DNA of 64,000 nt from Clostridium sp. GTDB taxonomy: Bacteria > Bacillota > Clostridia > Oscillospirales > Acutalibacteraceae. The position numbers and the translations under genes are program-made. This document shows, in pieces, positions 20,408 to 29,495 of this stretch. Location: NCBI GenBank assembly GCA_047833665.1, contig CP181261.1, positions 2,170,889 through 2,234,888 of the forward strand, given 5' to 3'. Position 1 is the stretch's first letter. Every line of letters begins with the position of its first letter. The notes under the pieces are model-generated. The model had not been told where the DNA came from, ran no database searches, and saw only the letters and a list, made by a program, of their open reading frames with translations.

Positions 20408-22246
20408 CTATTCTCCCGCTTTTTGTAGGGCGGCCTGCCGTTTATTTTCCCATTCTTCTGCGGCCTTATTGTATTCCTCCAAACTCAACGGATGATCCAA
20501 AAGATGCTGACCCTTGTATTTTAATACAGAAACACCGGACGGTGAATATTGTTCCTCAAACGGATTGATTTTGGTAACATTGGACACCGTTGCGGAATGA
20601 CCGTAAGGAATCACGAATGCATGGTTGATTAAAAATGCTTCCGCTTTAGCAAATGCCGTATAACGTGCGCTGACATCCGTTGTCTCTTGTTTTGCAGCTT
20701 CCAACAAATTGGTGTATATTTTTTTGCCGTTTGAGTCCGTATAACCTTCCACATTCTGCGGCTTGTTGTAAGTACCGGTTTCATTAAACGGATCCGTGTA
20801 TGTTTCAGGGTCGGCATAGTCCGGGCCCCAGTTGCACTTCATCAGGGCATATTTTCCGGAGCGGCGTACTGCGGAGAGGAACCCGGTTTTCGGTCCTGCT
20901 TCCGGTATGATATCGATATAATCTTTTCCAAGCAGATTTTCAAGCTGCTGCTCCACAACCTGCGATTCTTTGTCCCAGTTCGCCGTACCGGGGTTGTAAG
21001 GCATCAAGATTTTTACCGGAAGGGTTGCACCCGCAGCTATCAGCTCTTCTTTGGCTTTTTCCGCATATTCCTTCGCTTTTGACTCTTGGAAGGGATCGGT
21101 GTTGCTGATCTCTTTCAAATCGCCGATTTGTGTATAATCCGTCCCGTTTAAGTCTGTGAACTGCGGCGGAGTAATCGTGTTAAACAGCAAGCTTTCCGGA
21201 TTTTCCGGCTGGGAAACCGCCATAGCTTTCGCACGGTCAAGGCCATAGAAAATAGACTTTCTGAAATTCTCGTTATTAACAGCTATTTTCCAGTTTTCCG
21301 GTTCATATTCTTCATCGAACTGCGGGTCAAAGTTAAAGGCATAGAAGAAAGAGAAGAATGTGGTGCGCTGCGGCGTCACGATATCTTTTGTGTCTTCGTT
21401 TTTCAGCCAATCATCCAGAATATCAGCAGAGAGCGTTGTGTAATCAATTTCTCCGCGCTTATACATTTCCGGCGCAAGCGTCTCGGCTTCTTTATTATAA
21501 GTTTCTGTGATTTTTTCTATGTACACATTATCTTTATCCCAGTAAGAATCATTCTTTACATAAACATGCGACCGCTGTGGATCAAATGTTTTCAAAATAT
21601 AGGCACCATTATAAAGGATAGCAGTGTTATCCACACCGAAGTTGGATGCCTGTTCCTCAAGAAATTGTCCGTTGACAGGCATAAAGCAGACATATGTCAG
21701 CATGGAAAGGAAATAAGTTGTCGGCTTTTTCAGAGTATACTCTAAGGTATAATCATCCAGAGCTTTCACGCCAACTTGTGAAAAATCAGTGATTTCCTTA
21801 TTGTAATATTCCTCCGCATTTTTCACAACGCTGTAAAATGCAGAAGCCGTTTCCGATTTATTATCCTGATTCAAAAGATACTTTGCCGCATCGACAAAAT
21901 CCTGCGCCTTAACCTCAGCATATTCTTTTCCGGTGCTGTCGACCCATTTCACACCTTTGCGCAGATGAAATGTCCATGTTACTTCATCTTTATTTTCCCA
22001 AGATTCCGCCAATGCCGGGTGAATTACGCCGTATTTGTCGTACTCAACCAAAGTATCCACACAGTTGGCGGCAACTGCCTGTTCGTTTTCACTGCCCGTT
22101 ACAAGATAATTTAACGTAGTCAGTTCGCTAGAATACAGCTTACGGTAATTTGAGTCGGACGAGCCGGAGGAGCTTTTCCTAGCACAACCCGCTGCTGTAA
22201 CCAAAAGCATGGAAATGCACAAAACCAGTGCCATCAGTTTTTTCAT
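20408..22246 (-). CDS. oppA: peptide-binding lipoprotein, family-5 solute-binding protein
   Basis: Lipobox LVTAAGC. 612 aa of SBP_bac_5-like sequence heading the opp genes. Confidence 0.85.
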   Translation of the reverse strand: MKKLMALVLCISMLLVTAAGCARKSSSGSSDSNYRKLYSSELTTLNYLVTGSENEQAVAANCVDTLVEYDKYGVIHPALAESWENKDEVTWTFHLRKGVKWVDSTGKEYAEVKAQDFVDAAKYLLNQDNKSETASAFYSVVKNAEEYYNKEITDFSQVGVKALDDYTLEYTLKKPTTYFLSMLTYVCFMPVNGQFLEEQASNFGVDNTAILYNGAYILKTFDPQRSHVYVKNDSYWDKDNVYIEKITETYNKEAETLAPEMYKRGEIDYTTLSADILDDWLKNEDTKDIVTPQRTTFFSFFYAFNFDPQFDEEYEPENWKIAVNNENFRKSIFYGLDRAKAMAVSQPENPESLLFNTITPPQFTDLNGTDYTQIGDLKEISNTDPFQESKAKEYAEKAKEELIAAGATLPVKILMPYNPGTANWDKESQVVEQQLENLLGKDYIDIIPEAGPKTGFLSAVRRSGKYALMKCNWGPDYADPETYTDPFNETGTYNKPQNVEGYTDSNGKKIYTNLLEAAKQETTDVSARYTAFAKAEAFLINHAFVIPYGHSATVSNVTKINPFEEQYSPSGVSVLKYKGQHLLDHPLSLEEYNKAAEEWENKRQAALQKAGE

Positions 22247-22779
22247 GTTTCTACCCCTTTTTCATAATCTATGATTCATTTACTCTGCAAATGATTTCAC
22301 AATTGATTGCAAAAATTTTGGCGTCACCCCCACCCTTTTATACCACCAACCGGTTCCGATGGGTCAAATGGGTTGATAAAGCAAAAGCGTTCATCAATGC
22401 GGAGACTCGACAAAACCCCCAGCATTTTGATGAACGCCATTGACAACAAAAATGCTTTCCCTATAATTCTTTAAAATATTAAAACATTTTCCGCAAATCA
22501 TGATGCAACAATGATGATATAGATTTAAAAATGAAACTATCGTGTATGTCTTGTTCATATTTTATATGGCAGGATGCATCTTTGTCAAGAGTAAATTGCA
22601 ACAATTGCATCACTTTCTTGTATACTTACAATACATCATGCTAACCGAGAAAAAAATAAATGGATACTATGACAAAAAACAGCCTCAAAACAACAAGTCA
22701 GATAGAATAGAAAAAGCAAGAAAACAGGTGGATAATTCACAACAAAAAAATTCACGGCAGAGCACTCTGTAATATTTTG

Positions 22780-23275
22780 TGTAAACCCGAACTTAATTTC
22801 AAATTAAGAACTCAGGCATTTTTTTCAGTTGTATCCATAACATCCGCTGACATACTTGCTGAACAGTGCTGCCGCACCCAGCTTATCAAAAAAACTGCTT
22901 TTCGGAGCTGCTCATTCCTACCTGACAGAAAGCTCGATATTCATCTTTTTCACAAAATTTATGTGGTCTCTACCCTTATGTTCATACTCGTTGATGCCGC
23001 AGACCTCCATCACAGCCATGCTGATAACACGGCCATCCATATAGATTTTTTCGCACAGTGCATCTGTCCAAATGATGGAAAGCGACCTGTCAAGGGACGG
23101 CTGCGCAAGTAGTGCACCTGCTCATTAAGTCCTTTCGCTATTTGACTGACTTGACTAGGGAAAGATTACTTACCCGGTCAACTCCGATGATAACCGCAGC
23201 GGTAATCGCATCGGAGTTCCAATGAATTTATTTTTAGAAAATCGCGAACTTTATTGTACTTTATCCTGAATTTTT
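22780..23275 (-). pseudogene. composite IS relics (second IS256-family type end + degraded IS256-like 5' part)
   Basis: 22985-23275 aligns, with deletions, to 27560-28236 and ends ...cgcgaactttattgtactttatcc. 22880-22975 resembles the end region at 29040-29150 (cacaaaatttatgtggtctc). Confidence 0.65.
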
Positions 23276-23568
23276 ACACAATGCTTGTAAATTGTTTTTT
23301 CTATGATATAATTTCTATGAAGAATTTATTTTTTTTAAATGACAGTAATTCTAAATAGGTTTTGGGAAACAAGATGTCCTTTCCCCTCGCCGGCGGAGGT
23401 GGTAAGAACACAGTTCATTCCATGGTATTTTGTAATTGATTGTTAAGAAATAAATCGATTAGAAAACATACAGCTACTTTCTATAACACTAACACTGCAG
23501 ATTCAGAAAATAAAATAAATTACGCAAGCAGTGGTTGTTCTTGCAGTTGCTCTTGTTCTTGATAGTTG

Positions 23569-23588
23569 TTGCTGCACATGTGCAGCAA
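23569..23588. promoter_or_regulatory. perfect 20-bp palindrome in the ABC-transporter leader (candidate operator)
   Basis: TTGCTGCACATGTGCAGCAA. It is followed at 23622-23656 by a 13-bp-stem hairpin (agtctccggcttg / caagtcggagact) and a T-rich tail. Confidence 0.4.
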
Positions 23589-24174
23589 TTGCCGAAAAAG
23601 AAGAATAATCGCAACTGTAGAAGTCTCCGGCTTGTCATACAGTCAAGTCGGAGACTTGTTCTTAATTTAAAACTGAATGTTCATCAGGGAGGAAATGTGG
23701 TGTCTGAAAAAATTTTGACATTCAGTAACCTTGATGTCACGATCAAAGGCAATACAATATTGCATATTAGTCATGATATTACTATAAACCGAGGCGATGT
23801 CGTCGGAATTATAGGTGCAAACGGCGCAGGGAAAACCACTTTCGTTAATTGTATCATCAACAGGATCCATTTTGAGGGCGACATGCAACGATTTTTTACT
23901 TCTGACGAATTAGGTATACAATTCCAATCAAATTCCTACAACAAAATCATGAAGGTCAGTGAGCTAATACAAATTGTATCCGGAAAGCACCGCTTTGACA
24001 GTGCGCTGATGAATCAAATTCGTGAATTTGATATTGAGAGTTTACTAAATAAAAAAATCGGAAAGCTTTCCGTTGGGGAATCTCAGAGACTGACACTGTT
24101 TCTGGTACTGTACAAGAATCCGAATTTTTTGATTTTTGACGAACTCACGACTGGCTTAGATTATCAAAAACGAA

Positions 24175-25382
24175 CTTAAATTGCAATAACAAATTGAACA
24201 CTTTCACTGGATAAAGTTATCTACGGGTTTAAAGTATAAATTGTGTCCAGTTGAGCATCAAACAGTTCCTCAGGGGTCTGATAACCTAATCGTTTCCTAG
24301 GCGTGGCGTTTATCTCGTCTGCAAACATTAAGATTTGTTCGGCGGTAAAGCCATTGATGGAGCGACCCTTTGGGATATATTTTCGTAGTATGCGATTGGT
24401 CCTCTCATTTACAGGTCGTTCCCAAGCAGAATAGGGATGAGCAAAGTAGATTGCCGTGCCTAGTTCTTCAAAGGCTGAAAATGCCGCAAACTCACTGCCG
24501 TTATCTGTGGTAATACTGCGAAACACCTGCGAAAATTTCTCGCCATACTGTTCCTTTAGCTGTTCCATGGCACTGGCAACACCGGTGGTTGTTTTGCCGT
24601 CAATTCGAATTGAAAGATAATATCCTGTCAGGCGCTCTACAATGGTAAATACAACTGCCTCACCGCTTCTTTTTCGGCCCAGTACCGTATCAGATTCCCA
24701 GTGTCCAAATGTGTTTCGCTCTGCTACCTCAGGTGGCCGCCAATCAATGGATTTCCCATTGATACGCTTAGAAAGCCGTGGTTTTCTGCGAGAATGCCTA
24801 TTTAATACCTCAGGAAGTTCAAATAGCGTGAGCGGTAATTCCCCTTTCCACAGCATATGATATAGAGTTTTTGTACATGGGATTTCCTTGGCTGGAAAAC
24901 GATGTTCGCTTCGGGCCCGCCCTACGCACTCATCAAAAGACCAATTATGCTTACGAACCTTTTTAACCATCCAACGGATGAAGTCGGAGTTCCTGGATAC
25001 CGTTCTAGGGCGATGGCAACGACTGCGATTCGCTTTGTAGACTGCAGCTCCACGTTTGGCTGAGTAGCCGGGTTTGCGACCTCGGCCGGAGTATTCCGGT
25101 GTGCCACGTCGTAGTTCATAGCCCACGGTAGAGGGGCTGCAATTGATTGCGCGAGCAATCTTTCGATTGCTAAATCCCATCTTCTTTAACTGTTGGATTG
25201 CGCCACGCTCTTCTGCTTTAAGATGCTGTCCCCTCTTGCGTTCTTCGATCTTTATGATAGAATGGTTCTTGTCCATAGTGTTCAGGCCTTTCTGTCAGTA
25301 TTTAGTGTGGTAACTTTATCCTAACAGTTCCCTGTGCGCTATGGAATCTTTTTATGTGTTCAATTTGATTTTACAATCTACC
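24175..25382 (-). mobile_element. IS30-family insertion sequence (1208 bp)
   Basis: Subterminal IRs (taaattgcaataacaaattgaacac versus the reverse complement of gtgttcaatttgattttacaatcta). Flanked by the 13-bp direct repeat tatcaaaaacgaa (24162-24174 and 25383-25395). Confidence 0.85.
24221..25276 (-). CDS. IS30-family DDE transposase
   Basis: 351 aa. HTH region followed by HWESDTV, TDNGSEF and NERTNRILRKY. Confidence 0.9.
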   Translation of the reverse strand: MDKNHSIIKIEERKRGQHLKAEERGAIQQLKKMGFSNRKIARAINCSPSTVGYELRRGTPEYSGRGRKPGYSAKRGAAVYKANRSRCHRPRTVSRNSDFIRWMVKKVRKHNWSFDECVGRARSEHRFPAKEIPCTKTLYHMLWKGELPLTLFELPEVLNRHSRRKPRLSKRINGKSIDWRPPEVAERNTFGHWESDTVLGRKRSGEAVVFTIVERLTGYYLSIRIDGKTTTGVASAMEQLKEQYGEKFSQVFRSITTDNGSEFAAFSAFEELGTAIYFAHPYSAWERPVNERTNRILRKYIPKGRSINGFTAEQILMFADEINATPRKRLGYQTPEELFDAQLDTIYTLNP

Positions 25383-25801
25383 TATCAAAAACGAAACCGT
25401 CTTCTGCAGATTGTGCGCGGTTACAGTAAGAATAAAACCGTGCTTACTATTACGCATTATTTTGAGGAACTGACAGACTGGGCAAATAAATTTCTGATTC
25501 TACATAAGGGAAACCTGTTGTTTTGGGGAACGTATCAAGAACTGCAGGAAAAATATCCATACTACTCTATTTTGAAAATACCGAATGGCGCAAATTTATC
25601 TGCTATGGGGCCTGATATGCAGAATTATAAATTTATCAACCATCTTGATGAAGGGCATGATGGTATCGCCGTCAAAACTCTTGATGAACAAAATGCGATC
25701 ATCAGCAACCTTTCCAAAGTTGGAATCCCTATTGAAATTGTGCCGCATGGGCTCTATACACTTTATACATTGGCTCTCATACAGTACAGAGGTGTCGGCA
25801 A

Positions 25802-26629
25802 ATGAAAGATTATATTTGGATTGATCTAAAAATTATGTTTCGTATTCCTCTGTCCGTCTTTTTTTCCCTAATCTACCCGATTATTATGATGTTTATCATC
25901 ATACTTTCCTATGGCAATATACCTATTGGCAATGGATATCATTTAGTAGATAAATACTTTATGATAGCCATAGGAATGGGCATTCTGCCCTTGACGATAA
26001 TCTCTTATCCAATGTGGATGGGTAACAGTTTAGAAAACAACAGCCTCGACCGGTTGAATTTTTTTGGAATAAAAACCAGCAAAGTCCTCATTGGTGATAT
26101 CATCGCTCATATAATTCTGTCTATTTTCTCCATGGCTATTGATATTCTAGTTGCATGGATTGCGTTTGGCTTACAGTTTCCAGATTTCAGCCATTTTATA
26201 GCTTTTCTAATTCAATATATTTTGGCAGTAATTACAGCTTTAATGCTGGGCGGTGTTGTTGCCCTCTTGTTTCAGAATACGCAGATTCTGATGCCATTTG
26301 GGCTGGTTGTTATGTTTGCCGCTTACATGTTTTGCGGTGTATTTATTACATTTGATCAAATGCCGGATGCATTCAAAAAAATTGCTTCTTATATTCCCAT
26401 GAAATATGCAATGAACGATTTTTTTGATATCTGGACTAAAAAAATTTATTGGGATCGAACTTTTCTGATTTTATCGGCTATCTACATGGTTATTCTCGGG
26501 GTTGTTTTAACAATTTTACTAAAATGCAATGCGAAACTGAATACAAAGAAAATTAGTGCTTTACAGAATCCAGTTAAGGATTCCGAAATTTCATCAAAAT
26601 CTAATCATGTAAAAGGGGATTCTATATGA
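25802..26629 (+). CDS. ABC-2 type transporter permease
   Basis: 275 aa with about 6 TM helices. Overlaps the ATPase stop by 4 nt. Confidence 0.75.
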   Translation: MKDYIWIDLKIMFRIPLSVFFSLIYPIIMMFIIILSYGNIPIGNGYHLVDKYFMIAIGMGILPLTIISYPMWMGNSLENNSLDRLNFFGIKTSKVLIGDIIAHIILSIFSMAIDILVAWIAFGLQFPDFSHFIAFLIQYILAVITALMLGGVVALLFQNTQILMPFGLVVMFAAYMFCGVFITFDQMPDAFKKIASYIPMKYAMNDFFDIWTKKIYWDRTFLILSAIYMVILGVVLTILLKCNAKLNTKKISALQNPVKDSEISSKSNHVKGDSI

Positions 26630-26949
26630 AACAACAGGTAAAAAACAATCAACTGTTACGCATCGTCCTAGAGATTGTGGGAGGATTCATTGTTGCAGTT
26701 GTATTGTGCGCTGTTTTGATCTTTATCGGTTATTACCACACACATTCTGCTGGCTTGACGGCGTATACAGTTCGGTTCTTTCAAATTCCAATCTATGAGA
26801 TTGCAACAACAGAGGGACAAATGACCGGAACCGCATTAAACCAGAATATGTCGGTAATTGGTATTATCTGTTCTGTAATCTGCATTATTGTTTTTGAGAC
26901 AATTGCTAGTGTCAAGGGAAGTTCGCAATTTTGGGACTCCGGAAAATGA
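26626..26949 (+). CDS. small membrane protein; 3' end supplied by the IS256-like terminus
   Basis: 107 aa with two hydrophobic helices and a 4-nt overlap with the permease. The last ~15 codons (..SVKGSSQFWDSGK*) read through the IS end sequence tagtgtcaagggaagttcgcaattttgggactccggaaaatga. Confidence 0.55.
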   Translation: MKQQVKNNQLLRIVLEIVGGFIVAVVLCAVLIFIGYYHTHSAGLTAYTVRFFQIPIYEIATTEGQMTGTALNQNMSVIGIICSVICIIVFETIASVKGSSQFWDSGK

Positions 26950-28236
26950 ATTAGGCTACGTTTAATAGTATCTGAATAGATTTTGGATTTAAGTATGCTC
27001 TGGAAACAGACCAGTCTTCCGCATATTCCATGAGACATGTTGTTACCAGACGTAGATAGGAATCCGGATTAGGGAATATTCCTACTACGCTGGTTCTGCG
27101 GCGGATTTCCTTGTTCAGCCGTTCCAGCATATTAGTTGAAGAAATTTTGCGGGCATCAAGTTCCGGAAAAGCATAGAAGGCTAGAGAATCTTCCAGTCCA
27201 TCTTCCAGGAATTCGATTGCTTTTGGAAAGCGTTTTCCATATTGTTCTGATATTTGCTCCGCGCGCTGTCTAGCTATTTCAGCGGAGGGTGCCAACCAAA
27301 TTTCTTTTAACTGAGCCGCAAAGGACTCTTTTTCCTTCTGGGGTACATGAGCTAAAATATTTCGCATGAAATGGACTTTGCATCGTTGCCAAGAGGCTCC
27401 CGGAAAACTCTCACGGATGGCTGCAATCAGCCCTTTATTCGCGTCTGAAACCACCAGAAGCGGTGTTTTCAGTCCACGATCTAAAAGACTTTGAAACAAT
27501 TGAGAATAACTTTCTTTTGATTCATCTAGCATTGGCTCTACGGCGAGGATATCCCTATGCCCCTGTTCATTGACGCCGCAAACTACCATCACAGCCATGC
27601 TGACGACCCGGCCATCCATACGAATTTTTTCATACAGTGCATCTGTCCAAATGACAGGATAGCGACCCGTCAGAGGCCGGCTGCGGAAGTACTGTACCTG
27701 CTCATTAAGGCCTTTCGTCATTTCACTGACTTGACTGCGAGAAAGATTTTCAATTCCAAGACTGCGGGCTAGTTTCTCCATCTTTCGCGTAGATACACCC
27801 TGCACAAACGCTTCCTGAACCACTTGAATCAGCGCTGCTTCACTGCGCTTGCGTTCTGTTACGAAAAACGGGATATAGCCCTGATTTCGGAGTTTTGGTA
27901 CCATCAGATACATCGTCCCCATACGAGTATCCAGTCGACGCGGCCGATAGCCGCAGCGGTAATCACGGCGGGATGGATTGTGTGCATTCTTTTCCGCGCC
28001 AATAATACCGGAGACCTCTGCTTCCATCAGACGGGTACACAGCCATTCCAGCATCGACAGCATTGGATCCGGCTGCGCCATACATTTTAGTAGCAATTCT
28101 GTCAAATCTGTGGTATTCTTTTTGTGAGTCATTGGGTATCTCTCCTTTTTTGAATGTTTTCTCACCATTCATTTTATCGGAGTCCCAATGACTTTTCTAT
28201 ACCTTTATGAAATTGCGAACTTTATTGTACTCTATC
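26905..28236 (-). mobile_element. intact IS256-like insertion sequence
   Basis: Complete transposase plus both conserved termini (tagtgtcaagggaagttcgcaat... and ...ttgcgaactttattgtactctatc), which are shared by the relics elsewhere in the window. Exact ends are accurate to about 10 bp. Confidence 0.8.
26951..28132 (-). CDS. IS256-family (Mutator-type) transposase
   Basis: MDGRVVSMAVMVVCGVNEQGHRDILA and LERLNKEIRRRTSVVGIFPN motifs. The start was set at MTHKKNT (28132), which has an AAGGAGAG RBS. The ORF track extends to 28168. Confidence 0.9.
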   Translation of the reverse strand: MTHKKNTTDLTELLLKCMAQPDPMLSMLEWLCTRLMEAEVSGIIGAEKNAHNPSRRDYRCGYRPRRLDTRMGTMYLMVPKLRNQGYIPFFVTERKRSEAALIQVVQEAFVQGVSTRKMEKLARSLGIENLSRSQVSEMTKGLNEQVQYFRSRPLTGRYPVIWTDALYEKIRMDGRVVSMAVMVVCGVNEQGHRDILAVEPMLDESKESYSQLFQSLLDRGLKTPLLVVSDANKGLIAAIRESFPGASWQRCKVHFMRNILAHVPQKEKESFAAQLKEIWLAPSAEIARQRAEQISEQYGKRFPKAIEFLEDGLEDSLAFYAFPELDARKISSTNMLERLNKEIRRRTSVVGIFPNPDSYLRLVTTCLMEYAEDWSVSRAYLNPKSIQILLNVA

Positions 28237-28307
28237 TTCATTTCGTCAAGGCAAAGAAGCAGCATTAGGAGGCCAAAGCGAAGTAATGGATACAAATTGT
28301 AAAAAAA

Positions 28308-28352
28308 GGCTCTATGTCAATAGTTGGGTAACCCAATTATTGACATAGAGCC
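28308..28352. repeat. back-to-back ISL3 terminal inverted repeats (45-bp near-perfect palindrome)
   Basis: GGCTCTATGTCAATAGTTGGGTAAC + CCAATTATTGACATAGAGCC match the two ends of the ISL3 element at 53554..54935, with nothing between them. Confidence 0.8.
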
Positions 28353-28368
28353 ATTTGTGCGTTCATAA

Positions 28369-29052
28369 TCAAAAAGTTTCATCTTCTGTTACAGCTTGGT
28401 AAACCAGCTTAAGATCCCTCATCAGCGATTTGATGTCTTTATAACTGACATAGCGGGTACTGAACCGAATCTGATGGATGATACAGCGCTGAATCTGTGC
28501 TTGCGGATATACCGCTAAAATGGCATCCATGAAAACAAATGGATACACCCGATTCAAAGGACAGGATTGCCATGCTGTAATTTCCGGCATAATCTTGTCT
28601 GTGATTTTACTGACTAGTTCCGGTGATATTTCTACATCGTACAGATTTTAAATTTGTTCAGAGATATCTCTCTGGCTCATTCCACAGGAGTACAGAGCCA
28701 AAATTTTTTCTTCCATTCCTTCGGCATTACGATTATATTTGCCGATGATTTTGGGCTCATATTTGCCATTATCCTCGCTAGGAATATTTGCCTAAATCTT
28801 TCCAGTCTGTGTTTTTACGGAGTTCTCTTGAAACCCGTTTCTGTGATTTTTCGACTCTGCCATTTCATCACCATTGCCATTTGGCAGCCTTTTGCTTTTT
28901 TCATAACTTAATTTTTTCGCAATTTGTTTCCATAACCCAGTGAATAACATTATAGAACATGTTTCTTTTATTTCCATAACATCTGCGGCGCTGCCAAACT
29001 TCTGGCTATTGACATACTCTCTTAAAAGTTCTGCCGGTACTCTGCTCATCAA
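28369..29052 (-). pseudogene. second IS256-family transposase type, fragmented
   Basis: ORF 28792..29052 looks like the N-terminal part (ELLREYV...NHRNGF) and ORF 28369..28590 like a central/C-terminal part (YPFVFMDAI...RCIIHQIR). The middle is missing. A 16-bp perfect hairpin (agactttctttcagac at 29054-29069, gtctgaaagaaagtct at 29095-29110) lies in the leader. Confidence 0.7.
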
Positions 29053-29196
29053 AAAGACTTTCTTTCAGACTTATATTTTCTTACCCTCAATCTTGTCTGA
29101 AAGAAAGTCTCATATTCAGCTTTTACACAAAATTTTTGCGGTCTCAATTAACAGGCAAATTCAGATTTTATTTACTCTCGCAGATTATTAATAGTT

Positions 29197-29493
29197 TTAT
29201 CCCTGCGAAGTATATATTGCATCAAGCCTTGTGGGAATACTTTCATCACCATAAGGTACTTCCTTAATCAGTTTATCATAATAACGGCTCATAAAAGCAT
29301 TGCCCTCTTTTGTCAGAAGAGAATCATTTAGTGAAACATTGGCAAAATCATTGAGTTCCAAAACTTCTAGGCCATCATTATTAAGATAGTGATGATCTTT
29401 CAGCCACTCGAATACGAGCTTAAAATGTTTGATAACTGTTTGTTTTGACACCCCGCCGTCGATCTGCCAATCAGCTTTGTCGTAGATTTTCAC
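29197..29493 (-). CDS. 98-aa protein, last gene of the candidate system (possible immunity/partner of the nuclease)
   Basis: GTG start 2 nt after the upstream stop, with an AGGAG RBS inside the upstream gene. Acidic soluble protein with no motif I can name. Confidence 0.6.
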   Translation of the reverse strand: MKIYDKADWQIDGGVSKQTVIKHFKLVFEWLKDHHYLNNDGLEVLELNDFANVSLNDSLLTKEGNAFMSRYYDKLIKEVPYGDESIPTRLDAIYTSQG

Positions 29494-29495
29494 AA

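Larger units (their letters stand above)
23697..25805 (+). pseudogene. ABC transporter ATP-binding protein split by an IS30 insertion
   Basis: GTG start at 23697 with a GGGAGG RBS. Walker A GANGAGKTT, signature LSVGESQRL and Walker B LIFDELTTGLD lie before the IS. The reading frame resumes after the IS (YQKRNRLLQIVRGY...TITHYFEEL). Confidence 0.85.

Noticed and set aside
23374-23600. Small peptides upstream of the ABC module (21-aa MSFPLAGGGGKNTVHSMVFCN, and a Cys-rich reading VVVLAVALVLDSCCCTCAAIAEKEE) as possible bacteriocin/RiPP precursors
   Set aside because: They have weak or absent RBSs. The Cys-rich reading comes from the 20-bp palindrome itself. No modification enzyme or peptidase-domain exporter lies nearby. 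The evidence is insufficient to call them.
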